From positions 71 to 64,070 of IMG/VR virus record IMGVR_UViG_3300027718_000006: a stretch of DNA of 64,000 bases; one strand, written 5' to 3'. Shown here piece by piece: positions 26,804-37,445 of this stretch (positions are counted from its first letter, which is position 1; each line of letters opens with the position of its first letter). This stretch comes from a virus (lineage: Duplodnaviria; Caudoviricetes). The position numbers were made by a program, and so were the translations under genes. The notes under the pieces are model-generated. The model made no database searches. It had not been told where the DNA came from and worked only from the letters and a program-made list of their open reading frames with translations.

Positions 26804-28939
26804 ATGTCATTAGCTACCGCTCAGATTACCTTAACCGATTTAAACGATGTGAGACAGTATATTCTCTATGCAAACGGAAATTACAAAACGCAAATTTTCG
26901 ACCCAAATAATAATTCATATGCACCTAGCTTTAGTTCAACTAACCTAGTAATTACTCCTGAGCTATATGTATCAGGAGGGGACGGGTCTAACCTTTTACC
27001 TTCTACTCAAGTTAAATCTGTAAAGTGGTATGAGGGAACTCAAACAGATACTCCTTTAGCAGAAACTACAGGAGGGACTACAGGTAACGGATACACTTAT
27101 GCTATCCCTACGGGAGCTGTAACATCTACTGCAAAAACTTTGACTATTAAATCGAATATCCCTTCGAATGTTACTAGCCAAATTTTTACTTGCGTAGTTG
27201 TTTATACAGACCCACAAACTAATTTTGACGTTACAATCAAAGTACAGTATGAGATCGTAAAAGTTACAAACGGTTCTGCTGGTGCAGATGCTGTTAACGC
27301 TTTAACTGCTATCTTAACAAATGAATCTTCAACTGTAGCTGCTGACTCAGCAGGTAACAACGGAATTTATTCAGCTACTGGAACAAACATTCGTTTATTC
27401 GAGGGAGCTACAGAGCTTACATATGACGGAACAGGTACAGCAAATGGTACGTGGAAAGTTACAGCTGCTGTAACATCTGGAACAATCGTAGCTGGCGCTA
27501 TTACTGATGGGGGAGAATATGCTGTAGTAGGTAATGCTTCTGGTATGACTACAGATACTGCCTCTATAACATATACAATCACAGGTAAACGTGCTAATGG
27601 TACAGCTATCAGCTTAACAAAGATTCAAACGTTTACGAGAACTAAAAATGGTTCTTCACCAACGTTATACCGTTTGATTCCATCTGCTAATGCTATTCAA
27701 CAAAATATTTCTAACGTGTACAACCCAGCAACGATTACAGCTTCGGCTACATCGGCTGTAGGTAACGGTACACCAACAGCTTACGGTGCCCGATTCATTA
27801 TTGCCGAGTCTACAGATGGCACTACTTACAATGACAAATATACGTCATCTGGAACTGAGCCTACAGCAGGTAAAACATATACACCTTCTGCAACGAATGT
27901 AAAATCTATTCGTATTCGTATGTACATTGCAGGGACTGGGACACCTACTCATGGAACTACACAAATGCTCGATGAGCAAGCTATTCCTGTCGTTAAAGAT
28001 GGAGCTACAGGGGCTACAGGTACAGACGCTTATTTCCTTAACTTATGGACTCCAAACGGAGATACAATCCGTAACAGTGGGGGAGAGATTCTTTTACAAG
28101 CTGATCTATATAAGGGTTCTGGAAAAGTAACACCTACAGCATTCAAATGGTATATCCAAGACCCAGCTGCTACTACAGCAAGTGGTGGGGATGCAGACGG
28201 AGGAGATGGATGGAGATTAATTAACTCTGTTGCGACAGCAACTACAGCTCCAACTTTAGCTCAAGTTGCCAACGCAAATACTAAATTAACTGCCGGAACG
28301 TACTATGTTAAATATACATGGTTAGGTTTATCTGGAGAGACACTAGGTTCTACTGAAGCTTCTCAAGCGGTTACCGCTGGAAATGACTTAAAAGTTACAA
28401 TCCCGGCTTTCCCTACAAATGCGATCGGAGCTAAAGTGTATATAGGTACTACATCTGGTGTACTTAAGTACGCTGGAGACATCTCGACAAGCGCAGGGAA
28501 CTTAGTAATTAGTAGATATGATACATCTACACCAGCTATCCCTACTGTGAATACTGCAACAACGGTAAACGCTGCAACACTTACAGTCGAGCCGCATGCA
28601 ATTTCAGGTATCGAAGGATTTAAGGTCGTAGCTACCGCACCTACAACAGGTATTAAATACTCAGCAGTTATAATGGTTAAGGATGTTCAAGACCAAATAC
28701 AGGCTAATGTTCTCGGTGCTAGTATCTTCAAAAATGGAGAGGGCAGCACAGTCCTTACCGTTCAACTGATTCAGGCAGGTGCAGTTATCTCTAATGCAGG
28801 TTATAAGTTTACATGGGCTCTATACAATCCAAACGGTACCCTTGTTAAGACTTATCCGACTACAGCAGATACATTAACTGTCCCTTCTACAGACGTTTCA
28901 GGCGTAGGAAACTTGATCGTAGATGTAGATAAAGCTTAA
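26804..28939 (+). CDS. Thr/Gly/Ala-rich tail fibre/structural protein with Ig-like domains
   Basis: 711 aa, beta-rich; starts ATAQITLTDLND; position in the fibre block. Confidence 0.7.
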   Translation: MSLATAQITLTDLNDVRQYILYANGNYKTQIFDPNNNSYAPSFSSTNLVITPELYVSGGDGSNLLPSTQVKSVKWYEGTQTDTPLAETTGGTTGNGYTYAIPTGAVTSTAKTLTIKSNIPSNVTSQIFTCVVVYTDPQTNFDVTIKVQYEIVKVTNGSAGADAVNALTAILTNESSTVAADSAGNNGIYSATGTNIRLFEGATELTYDGTGTANGTWKVTAAVTSGTIVAGAITDGGEYAVVGNASGMTTDTASITYTITGKRANGTAISLTKIQTFTRTKNGSSPTLYRLIPSANAIQQNISNVYNPATITASATSAVGNGTPTAYGARFIIAESTDGTTYNDKYTSSGTEPTAGKTYTPSATNVKSIRIRMYIAGTGTPTHGTTQMLDEQAIPVVKDGATGATGTDAYFLNLWTPNGDTIRNSGGEILLQADLYKGSGKVTPTAFKWYIQDPAATTASGGDADGGDGWRLINSVATATTAPTLAQVANANTKLTAGTYYVKYTWLGLSGETLGSTEASQAVTAGNDLKVTIPAFPTNAIGAKVYIGTTSGVLKYAGDISTSAGNLVISRYDTSTPAIPTVNTATTVNAATLTVEPHAISGIEGFKVVATAPTTGIKYSAVIMVKDVQDQIQANVLGASIFKNGEGSTVLTVQLIQAGAVISNAGYKFTWALYNPNGTLVKTYPTTADTLTVPSTDVSGVGNLIVDVDKA

Positions 28940-28970
28940 TGTGCTATAATATAGATAGAGACTATTTTAA

Positions 28971-29005
28971 GGAGAGCTAAGTTTCTAGCTCTCCTTTACT
29001 TATAA
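28971..29005 (+). promoter_or_regulatory. Hairpin plus TTTACTTATAA element before the SD
   Basis: ggagagcta-agtttc-tagctctcc then tttacttataa; TGCTATAAT upstream at 28942. Confidence 0.5.
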
Positions 29006-29020
29006 AGGGAGTGGATTATT

Positions 29021-32000
29021 TTGGCAAAACGAGTAGCTTCAGCACAGCTTACACTCATTGATATGAACGATATAACTTCATCACCAGTACAACCAACTAA
29101 CCCTACAGACGGTATGATCTGGATGGATACGTCTAGTTCTCCATATAAATTCTACGTATATAGAGCTTCTACAGGAAAGTTTGAACCTACGGGACCTATT
29201 AATCTAGAACAGTTAGACCCAGATGCAGCGCAGCAAGTAGAGGATGCTTACAATGGAATAAACGATCTTGGAGCAGATAATAAATTAACTCGATATGAAC
29301 GTGCAGTCGTTCGTGGGGACTTAGCTACAATTGTAGGAAAATTTTTAAATAATACAGACTCAATGCCTTCACTAGCTACAATCGATTCAAGTGGGGTCGG
29401 AGAAGCCTACTCCATCCGTAAAGCTGCTCGAGATATTGGAATGCCTACAAGCAATACAGCCTATGTGAACTACGGTAACGCCTATACAGCGTTGAATACA
29501 TACCTTTCAGGGCTAAATCCTAAAGCATGGGATATCGTGTCTACAGCGACTAATACAATCGTCCCTGCGGATTGGGAAGCTGCATGGAATGAGTACAAGC
29601 TACGATTGAATCTATTAAACGTAGAGATTCAAAATAGACAACAGGACTACGCAGATACAGTCGGAGAAGGTTCTGTACAGGATGCTATCGAGGCTGTAAG
29701 TGCATCTGATCAATATGAGACGAAACCATTAACAAACCCTGTAACGATCACATCACCAATTGCTAGTGTAGCTTTACCTGAATTTGAAGGTAAGCATGCA
29801 GACGGGTGGGAGATTGTTGGACGAAACTTAGTAATGAACTCATCCTTTGCTAATGGAAAAACTGGCTGGACAGGTCAAACAAGTTCGTACACTATTTTAC
29901 CTGCTGAAGATGATAAGCCTAATAGTCCGATTGCTCGAGTAACTAAATCAGGAGCAACGACTAACGGATATCTTTCTCTCTTTTCAAACTATTTTACCGT
30001 AGCTAATGGGGATGAGGTTACAGCCTCTGTAGATATAAAGATTGGAGACATAGCTGCATATGATGAAGCTGCTCCGTTCTTTATTGAGTTCTACGACTCT
30101 AGCAACACAAGGGTACAATATAAAAACGTATATCTAACAGATATGGGAGTATCGGGATTATTAAGCGGTACATGGTATCGGGTTTCTTATAAACTAAAAG
30201 CTACTAATTCCTCTATTGTTAGTGGACGGGTACGCCTTGACCTAGTTAAAAACGGAGATGTATCGTATCGAGAAGTTAAAGCAGAAAGAAATACTTCAGT
30301 AGGAACATACACTATCGCCCCTGAAGAGTCGGTAAGTGCTTTCGGTAAACGTATTAAACCTGTAACGGCTCCAAGTTTCACCTCAGCAGCTTCATTAATT
30401 ATTAACGGGGCTTTCTACGGGGATGGAACAAATAACGATACTTTCTCATGGAACACTCAAGGACAGGCGGTAAAAGTTAAAAAATGGGAGGATACTGACC
30501 TAGACGGTTCGTACAACTGGGTACTGCATAGTGATTACGGTGGATTTAAAGCTGTAAAGGTTACTGGTTTCTTTACAACGGTAGTAGATGCTTCAGTACA
30601 AGCCGCTAAGCATAATGGACAATACTTGTCAACTATCATTACGGGACTCTCAACTGCCGATCAGGTTATAGGGAGAAATAGTGAAGGGACATTATACATT
30701 ACTGTCTCTGATGCAGATAGTGGGTGGGGAGATTCATATACACCTACGACAGATGAAATTAAAGCTTACTTTAATGGATGGAAGATGTGTAACGGAACAT
30801 TCGGCTCTGCGTACACAGGAACAGGTAATAAAGTATGGCACCCTATCGGAGATACAGATTTAAGCCGTTCTACTGCTGTAGTAAGTGCAGGGGGTACATC
30901 GTACAACCCGGTCCCAGACGGAGAGTCTTTAGCGATTACAGAGCAAGCAATAAATAAATACCAGCTGGTTTATAGATTAGTAGACCCGATTCAGGAGATT
31001 GTCCCTTACGAAGGAATTTTACCTCTTATAAAAGGTGACAATTCAATTTCTATATCTTATCCAGCAGGAACACCAGCGATCGTTAAAGGTAGCATTCGTT
31101 ACGCTTTAAACCTAGCCACAGTAACAGATATTCTTAAATACATCGTTCCAGTGCTGCAAAAGCGTCTATCCAATGCAGAAGAGGTTATCAAAGATGACTC
31201 TATCGTTAACACTGTTATGAACTCTGTAGAGTACACGCTAGCTATGAGAGACGTAGCAAAGCAAGATGATTTAGGGCAGTTTGTTACTGGAGATGAGGTA
31301 GACGAGAAAGTTAAAAACGGATTAGATTCTCTGGACTTCTCACCTTACATCACGTCCACTGAGTTAGAGCAAACAGCTACAAACATTACAGCTAAGTTCT
31401 CTGCAACAGGCGGTATGAACTTACTTAAAAATAGTGTAGGTTATGCTGATAGAGATTTCTGGAGTGACTATTCTGCTACAGGAAATGTGGTTGATACAAT
31501 TAGTAACGCTGAGTTAGATACTTTAGGCTTTGGTAGTGGGTTCCAGTTTAACCCAGACGGAAACAACAAAGGAATTTTCCAGTACGTAGACGTAATTCCG
31601 GGGCAACCTTACACTCTATCTTGGTATCTAAACAAGCGTACAGGTGGGGCAGATTCTTCATATCGATTCTTTATTCAAATTCAAGAGAATGGAGTAACTA
31701 CTACTCAGATTGCAGATAATAGTGCGGATACGACTGTAGGATATGCAGCTAACTATTTTACATTTACGCCTACAGCAAATAAAATAAACGTACGATTTAT
31801 TGGTTATGGTAGTGTGGATGCAACTTTAACAGGGGCAATGCTTACAATCGGAGACGTAGCACTCCAATGGTCATTAGCTACAGGAGAAATCTATAACACT
31901 AACATCCGTATGGACGTTAACGGTATTCGTGTTTCTCAGCTAGACGCAGACCGTAAAGAGACTGGCTTTACTCAAATTACGCCGGACGAGTTTGCCGGGT

Positions 32001-32170
32001 ATTGGAAAGACGGTAACGGGACCTTCCAGAAAGTATTCTACTTAAATGGGGACGAAACCGTTTCTACCAAACTAAGAGCACAGCAAGAGATTACGATGGG
32101 AGGTATTAAAGTTCTCAACGTAAACTCTGGAGGATGGAATGGCTGGGCGTTCGTAGCAAACCAAGATTAA
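29021..32170 (+). CDS. Tail fibre protein with carbohydrate-binding-like domains
   Basis: 1049 aa. Two GRNL..NS.F / GGMNLLKNSVG-type jelly-roll modules and a C-terminal YNTNIRMDVNGIRV motif. Confidence 0.75.
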   Translation: MAKRVASAQLTLIDMNDITSSPVQPTNPTDGMIWMDTSSSPYKFYVYRASTGKFEPTGPINLEQLDPDAAQQVEDAYNGINDLGADNKLTRYERAVVRGDLATIVGKFLNNTDSMPSLATIDSSGVGEAYSIRKAARDIGMPTSNTAYVNYGNAYTALNTYLSGLNPKAWDIVSTATNTIVPADWEAAWNEYKLRLNLLNVEIQNRQQDYADTVGEGSVQDAIEAVSASDQYETKPLTNPVTITSPIASVALPEFEGKHADGWEIVGRNLVMNSSFANGKTGWTGQTSSYTILPAEDDKPNSPIARVTKSGATTNGYLSLFSNYFTVANGDEVTASVDIKIGDIAAYDEAAPFFIEFYDSSNTRVQYKNVYLTDMGVSGLLSGTWYRVSYKLKATNSSIVSGRVRLDLVKNGDVSYREVKAERNTSVGTYTIAPEESVSAFGKRIKPVTAPSFTSAASLIINGAFYGDGTNNDTFSWNTQGQAVKVKKWEDTDLDGSYNWVLHSDYGGFKAVKVTGFFTTVVDASVQAAKHNGQYLSTIITGLSTADQVIGRNSEGTLYITVSDADSGWGDSYTPTTDEIKAYFNGWKMCNGTFGSAYTGTGNKVWHPIGDTDLSRSTAVVSAGGTSYNPVPDGESLAITEQAINKYQLVYRLVDPIQEIVPYEGILPLIKGDNSISISYPAGTPAIVKGSIRYALNLATVTDILKYIVPVLQKRLSNAEEVIKDDSIVNTVMNSVEYTLAMRDVAKQDDLGQFVTGDEVDEKVKNGLDSLDFSPYITSTELEQTATNITAKFSATGGMNLLKNSVGYADRDFWSDYSATGNVVDTISNAELDTLGFGSGFQFNPDGNNKGIFQYVDVIPGQPYTLSWYLNKRTGGADSSYRFFIQIQENGVTTTQIADNSADTTVGYAANYFTFTPTANKINVRFIGYGSVDATLTGAMLTIGDVALQWSLATGEIYNTNIRMDVNGIRVSQLDADRKETGFTQITPDEFAGYWKDGNGTFQKVFYLNGDETVSTKLRAQQEITMGGIKVLNVNSGGWNGWAFVANQD

Positions 32171-32175
32171 TAAAT

Positions 32176-32226
32176 AAGCACGTATTGTTTGTATGATATA
32201 ATAAAGATACAGACAGTACGTGCTTT
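32176..32226 (+). terminator. Long hairpin terminator whose loop contains TGATATAAT
   Basis: aagcacgtattgtttgtat / atacagacagtacgtgctt (with G-U pairs) followed by T residues. Confidence 0.65.
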
Positions 32227-32269
32227 TTCTATATTAAGAGAGAAGAGTATTTTTAAGGAGGAATAACTT

Positions 32270-34915
32270 ATGGCATTATCAGGTGTTGTCTCTAGAGACG
32301 TTGCCTCTAACTATAAGCTGTCGATCGAATGGACAGCAACACAGAATATATCAAATAACAGTAGTACAATTACAGCAAAAATGTACTGGGAAGCAGATAG
32401 TTATGGGTATGTAAATTCAACTGATACTAAAGATGGGGCTATTATCATTGCCGGAACTACATACACATTTAGTGGAGCAGGGTTAGCGGACCTTAACAAA
32501 GGACAAAAGAAACTAATTGCTACAAAATCTAAAACAATTACACATGATGCAGACGGTACAAAAGACTTCTATATTGATGGATACTTCGATGCAGAGGTTA
32601 GTCTTAGTGGTTCATGGTACAATCGAATTGATCTGGTTTCAAAGACGTTTACCTTGAATACGATTCCAAGGAAATCTACATTATCGTCTAGTGCTAGTTT
32701 TACAGCAGGTAGTGATTTCACTATTTCTATCTCAAGAGCATCTTCTTCTTTTACTCACATTGCCTACATCGATGTGCAGGCAGCAGACGGAACTTGGACG
32801 TTTATTAAATCGATCAACTTCTCAACTTCAGAAACGTCAAAAAATTCTGAGTTTGATGAGACAAGTAAAACAAGAATATTCACAGCTATTGGTGGTCGAA
32901 GCTCAGCCACATTCCGTATCAACCTAAATACATACAGTGGTTCTACTAACTTAGGTTATAATACTTACACAGGAACTGTATCGGTCCCTGCTGCTTCTAT
33001 TGGAGAGGTTACGAATGGTTTAGCAGGAGCAGATAATAAAGTGTATGTAGATCAAGATATTTATGTAGGAATTGCTCGGAATGATAGTGAGTTTACACAT
33101 ACTGTAGCTATTCAGCTAGGTTCTTATACAAAAACAATTACAGGTGTTGGCTATGGCACAACATGGACCCCTTCAAGTACGGAGCAGGACTCACTATATA
33201 GTGCCATCGGAACTTCAGCTAATAACCTAAAAGGGACAGTAACTACGACTACCTACTATAACGGTGTGCAAGTTAGAAGTGCTGTAAGTAAGGATGTTTA
33301 TTTCTATGTACGTCCAAGTACAAATGCTCCAACATTCTCTGCAACAGGATTATCTTATGAGGATATTAATGCAGTTACTTTAGCAGTTACAGGAGCAAAA
33401 ACAAACATCATTCAGAATAAATCATCTTTACGAGTAATTATTCCTTCTGGGTCTAAAGCGTCTCCGAAGAACGGAGCTTCAATCGTGAAGTACAATGTTA
33501 CAATCAATGGGGTAACTAAGTCTGCTAACTATTCTGCCTCTGCTACAGTTAACGTAGATTATGGTGCAGTTAATTCAGCAACAAATATAACAGCTTCAAT
33601 TGCAGCAGTAGATAGTCGTGGATTATCAACAACGGTAACTTTACCTGTAACTATGGTACCTTATTCAGACCCAGTGATCAACTCTACACCGAAACGTAGG
33701 AATAGTTTTGAGGATACTATCGATATTCCGCTGAGTGGTACAATCTCCCCAATCACTATTGGAGGTTCACAAAAGAATGCTCTACAAGCGATCAGCGGAA
33801 CAACTTCTGCCTTACAGTATCGTTATCGTGAGAATGTAACAGGCTCTGCATGGCAACCGTGGACAGATTTAACTTTTACGCCTTCAGGGGCTGCATACAC
33901 AGCTACAGCAGGAGCAGTAGTGTTAGACAATACCAAAGGCTTTATATTTGAAATTCGGGCAACTGATAAGCTCTCAACAACTACTGTAACGAGAACCGTT
34001 GCTTCAGGTAAACCGATCTTCTTCATAGACAGTAATATGAAAACTGTATCTGTAAATAAATTCCCTACGATTAGTGGTGGATTCGAAGTAGAGGGACCTA
34101 TTGTAGCTAGCCAAGGAATCAGTGCTTATAATAAGCCGTATGTAACTGAAGTGACAGCGACTCTCCCTGCAACAGTAGGTTGGTATCGAATTGCTACATC
34201 TGTTAATGGTATAAATAATAATAATGCAATGTTCGAAGTGTTTGCTCCTTTATCCACTTGTCACACTTTTGCAAGATTTGAAGCAGGAGTAATGTTTGGG
34301 CAGTCCGCAGGGGTTAGTTTATCTCAGACTAGCTATTCTTCTTTTGGTAGCTTGCCAGCTCTGACTAGAGTTAGAATTGTGTACCATACAACATATACAG
34401 GTAACTACGCCTACCTAGAGGTCTATAACACACAGTCAAAAGCAGTACCTATCACAGTTAGAATGGTCGGAGGGACGGGGTGGAGTTTAATTTCTCCTGT
34501 AGCAGGTAGTATCCCTTCAGGGTACACTTCTAAAGAATTGGGTTTTCAAAGTGGAACAGGTATTGGATATAACCCTACCGATATGGTATACCCATCACCT
34601 AACAAAGGAGCTAACTACAACCTACTTGGCGGAGATTACCATACGCTTGCGTACCATAAAGACGCAGGGGGGTTTGTATATCTATACGGGCTAATGACTG
34701 GTTTAGCTATTGGTGATACTATATTTACACTACCTGTAGGGTATAAGCCTCTAGCAAGGCATATTTTTAGAGCGATCTGCTCGGACTATACTAAGTCTGC
34801 ACGTATTGACATTCGAACAAACGGAGATGTTACTGTAGATAATACTGGTGGGTCATGGTTAAGTCTTTCAGGTATTTCATTCTACGCTGGAAACTATTAT
34901 GGAAATAACTTATAA
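32270..34915 (+). CDS. Receptor-binding / tail fibre protein (DUF859-like siphovirus-type N-terminus)
   Basis: YKLSIEWTATQNISNNSSTIT, IPRKST...TISISRASSSFTH; C-terminal GFVYLYG...IFTLPVGYKP...RIDIRTNGDV...WLSLSGISF head domain. Confidence 0.75.
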   Translation: MALSGVVSRDVASNYKLSIEWTATQNISNNSSTITAKMYWEADSYGYVNSTDTKDGAIIIAGTTYTFSGAGLADLNKGQKKLIATKSKTITHDADGTKDFYIDGYFDAEVSLSGSWYNRIDLVSKTFTLNTIPRKSTLSSSASFTAGSDFTISISRASSSFTHIAYIDVQAADGTWTFIKSINFSTSETSKNSEFDETSKTRIFTAIGGRSSATFRINLNTYSGSTNLGYNTYTGTVSVPAASIGEVTNGLAGADNKVYVDQDIYVGIARNDSEFTHTVAIQLGSYTKTITGVGYGTTWTPSSTEQDSLYSAIGTSANNLKGTVTTTTYYNGVQVRSAVSKDVYFYVRPSTNAPTFSATGLSYEDINAVTLAVTGAKTNIIQNKSSLRVIIPSGSKASPKNGASIVKYNVTINGVTKSANYSASATVNVDYGAVNSATNITASIAAVDSRGLSTTVTLPVTMVPYSDPVINSTPKRRNSFEDTIDIPLSGTISPITIGGSQKNALQAISGTTSALQYRYRENVTGSAWQPWTDLTFTPSGAAYTATAGAVVLDNTKGFIFEIRATDKLSTTTVTRTVASGKPIFFIDSNMKTVSVNKFPTISGGFEVEGPIVASQGISAYNKPYVTEVTATLPATVGWYRIATSVNGINNNNAMFEVFAPLSTCHTFARFEAGVMFGQSAGVSLSQTSYSSFGSLPALTRVRIVYHTTYTGNYAYLEVYNTQSKAVPITVRMVGGTGWSLISPVAGSIPSGYTSKELGFQSGTGIGYNPTDMVYPSPNKGANYNLLGGDYHTLAYHKDAGGFVYLYGLMTGLAIGDTIFTLPVGYKPLARHIFRAICSDYTKSARIDIRTNGDVTVDNTGGSWLSLSGISFYAGNYYGNNL

Positions 34916-34941
34916 AGTTAAAATAAGAAAGGAGGGTAACA

Positions 34942-35544
34942 ATGTTAAAACAATATTACCAAGTAAACGAAGAGGGGTACGTTATAGAGTCTTATGTATA
35001 CGATGATACTGGTCCCATTCCTGAGATGCACTTCTTGGGATGGGAAGGTGCTATCGAAAAGCCTAGATGGAATTTTGAGAAAGAGCAATGGGAAGAGACG
35101 AGACCTTTTGATGAAAGATTAGAGGAAGCTAAACAGCGTAAGTTTGCTGAGATGGACAGCTTCTGTACACAAGGCATTTTAGGATATTTCACTGCCCCTG
35201 TCAAAGGTGTAGATTATGAGTTTAGCTTCGACTATGAGGCGCAGTCAAACTTTATCGGTAGTATGACCTTATTCACTCAAGGGTTAATTAGTGAGATAGA
35301 GTGGACAGCTTGGAAGGACGGTAAAGCAACAAGAATTAAGATCAGTAAAGACGAGTTCTTTAATATTGCTATGCTCGGTTATAAACATAAAGATGATAAA
35401 GTAACCAAGCTTAGAAACGTAATAGAGGCTAAAATCAATGCCTGTGAGACAATTGAAGAAGTGCAAAATATATCTTGGGAGGATGCTGAAGTAGTCTCAC
35501 CAGTAGAACCTCCTAACTCTACAGAACCTCTACCCGAGACTTAA
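34942..35544 (+). CDS. Fibre assembly chaperone-like protein (DUF4376-like)
   Basis: PRWNFEKEQWEE...EEAKQRKFAEMD...FSFDYEAQSNF...IEWTAW; follows the RBP gene. Confidence 0.65.
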   Translation: MLKQYYQVNEEGYVIESYVYDDTGPIPEMHFLGWEGAIEKPRWNFEKEQWEETRPFDERLEEAKQRKFAEMDSFCTQGILGYFTAPVKGVDYEFSFDYEAQSNFIGSMTLFTQGLISEIEWTAWKDGKATRIKISKDEFFNIAMLGYKHKDDKVTKLRNVIEAKINACETIEEVQNISWEDAEVVSPVEPPNSTEPLPET

Positions 35545-35598
35545 ACATCTGTATAGATAAGCAGTTAAGCTATATTAATGGGGAGAGGAGGGGACAAT

Positions 35599-36078
35599 AT
35601 GGTTAAAATTGAACCCGGAGATGTTATATTCTATCGACCTACTGGTTTTATTGGATGGCTAGTTAGTAAGGTTTCCAAGTCGGAATACAGCCACGTTTCT
35701 CTAGCAATAGATTCTTACAACATTGTAGAAGCAGACAGATTTATTAAATCTCGTATTTCTAACCTTTACTACGTAGAAGAGATTCATAAAGTATACCGAC
35801 TTAGGAATGTAACTACAGAGCAGCAACACACGATCGCACAAAACGCTCTAACTATGGTGGGTGTAGGCTATGACTATAAGCAGATATTTGGATTGTTCAT
35901 GCGGCTAGTCTTTAAAAGAGAATCTACCGTATTCAATGCAGCTAATAAATATATCTGCTCAGAGATCATAGACTATGCTTTCCAAATGTCCGATATTCCT
36001 AGAAATGGTAACCTTCACATAGGCGACATCACTCCCCAAGAGCTACTAGATAAATATGCCTTAGAGAGGGTCAAATGA
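35599..36078 (+). CDS. Permuted papain-like amidase (YiiX/YaeF-type NlpC/P60); probable start 35599
   Basis: PGDVIFYR...SEYSHVSL (His) ... GYDYKQ ... YICSEII (Cys), i.e. the permuted His-before-Cys order. Confidence 0.8.
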   Translation: MVKIEPGDVIFYRPTGFIGWLVSKVSKSEYSHVSLAIDSYNIVEADRFIKSRISNLYYVEEIHKVYRLRNVTTEQQHTIAQNALTMVGVGYDYKQIFGLFMRLVFKRESTVFNAANKYICSEIIDYAFQMSDIPRNGNLHIGDITPQELLDKYALERVK

Positions 36079-36129
36079 GGTAGGGGAACCTACCTTTTCT
36101 TATATTATAATAGAAAGGTGTGATAAACA

Positions 36130-36930
36130 ATGGGAATGGCAGACGGACAAGGCGTACTAAGAAAAATTGCATTCCAGCTCGGTGAAAGATTCTTTCGTTT
36201 TGCAATCAACCCGGAGGCTATGGTCTATAGTAGACCGCACCGAACAACAGCAATTAAAACAAAAAGTCGTATCGTAATCGAAGACTTTCAAAGTGATATT
36301 CCAACAGTAACGATCAGCGGTACTACAGGTTTTAATCCTACAGGTGTAGCTAGCGATCGAGGGATTAAGAAGATTGCCGAACTGAAAAAGTTCCTTATGG
36401 ACTATGCAGCTATGGGCGGTAACGGAGCTAAGCCGGCAGAAGACTTTTACTTTCATGACTTTACGAACATGGAGCATTACGTAGTTCACTTATCTTCAGA
36501 AGGTGTAACGTACTCGCAAGATGTTAACTCACCTCTAACACACCGTTATGAGATTAAGTTTAATATACTTCGTTCAGCTGGGGAGCCTTCAGACGATGAA
36601 GTGGCAAGCCCGGAGATTGGTAACCGATTCCCTTCCTTACCAAACGGTACAGGCGGAACAGGTAGCTCAGGTTCTGGTAACTCGGGAGTAGGCGCAGGAG
36701 CACAAGACAGCTCAGGTAAAAATGCAGGAGGCAATTCAGGCACCACTCCTTTTGACCCGTCATCTGGTAGTGGAATTTACAATCAAGGTACAAATGGTCA
36801 ATACCAAGCTCCGTATGATGGGGAGCCTATTAACCCACAAGCGCCTTCACCAACGTCCTCTACTTACGGACAAACAGGGTTAGGCTACGCTATTGGCTAT
36901 TACCTTAGACCGAAGGGGACATTATCATGA
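36130..36930 (+). CDS. Baseplate / tube-initiator protein
   Basis: LRKIAFQLGERFFRFAINPEAM...PHRTTAIKTKSRIVIEDFQSDIPTVTISGTTGFNP; synteny. Confidence 0.7.
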   Translation: MGMADGQGVLRKIAFQLGERFFRFAINPEAMVYSRPHRTTAIKTKSRIVIEDFQSDIPTVTISGTTGFNPTGVASDRGIKKIAELKKFLMDYAAMGGNGAKPAEDFYFHDFTNMEHYVVHLSSEGVTYSQDVNSPLTHRYEIKFNILRSAGEPSDDEVASPEIGNRFPSLPNGTGGTGSSGSGNSGVGAGAQDSSGKNAGGNSGTTPFDPSSGSGIYNQGTNGQYQAPYDGEPINPQAPSPTSSTYGQTGLGYAIGYYLRPKGTLS

Positions 36931-37445
36931 GTTATTCTAACGATTTAATCCGATTCATTTCAAGCGTCCCTGTACTAGGGGACGGAACAATTCCAATGAA
37001 TACAATTGATTCAGAGCAGCCGTTCGTTTCTACATTGTATGACCCTGTATACTCTCTAACAGTAATAGCTAGAAAAGTTCAGGAGCTAATCAACAGTGGT
37101 AAAATAGAAGTAGTGAGCGATACAGTAGACCCTAATACAATCGTATACAAAGCACTAAATAGTGACCTAGCTTCTTATGCTCCTGACATCTACACATTGT
37201 TACGAGCAGTCGTACTAGAGTCATTTGCTTTATTATACATGATCGATAATGCATCTGCAAATCTTCAGTATGTTTCTGCTAAAGATATTAAGAGACACAG
37301 AAAAAATTTAAACTATATTGCAGATTACTTAAGTACAGAACCAAAATATTATCATATGATTGAAAATCTACGAGACATGAATATTGCCTTTGGCTATATG
37401 GAGAATCAGATTGACGTGATCATGGGTGAAAGGGGTGGAAGATAA
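36927..37445 (+). CDS. Baseplate structural protein
   Basis: ATGA-coupled, synteny with the baseplate genes. Confidence 0.6.
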   Translation: MSYSNDLIRFISSVPVLGDGTIPMNTIDSEQPFVSTLYDPVYSLTVIARKVQELINSGKIEVVSDTVDPNTIVYKALNSDLASYAPDIYTLLRAVVLESFALLYMIDNASANLQYVSAKDIKRHRKNLNYIADYLSTEPKYYHMIENLRDMNIAFGYMENQIDVIMGERGGR

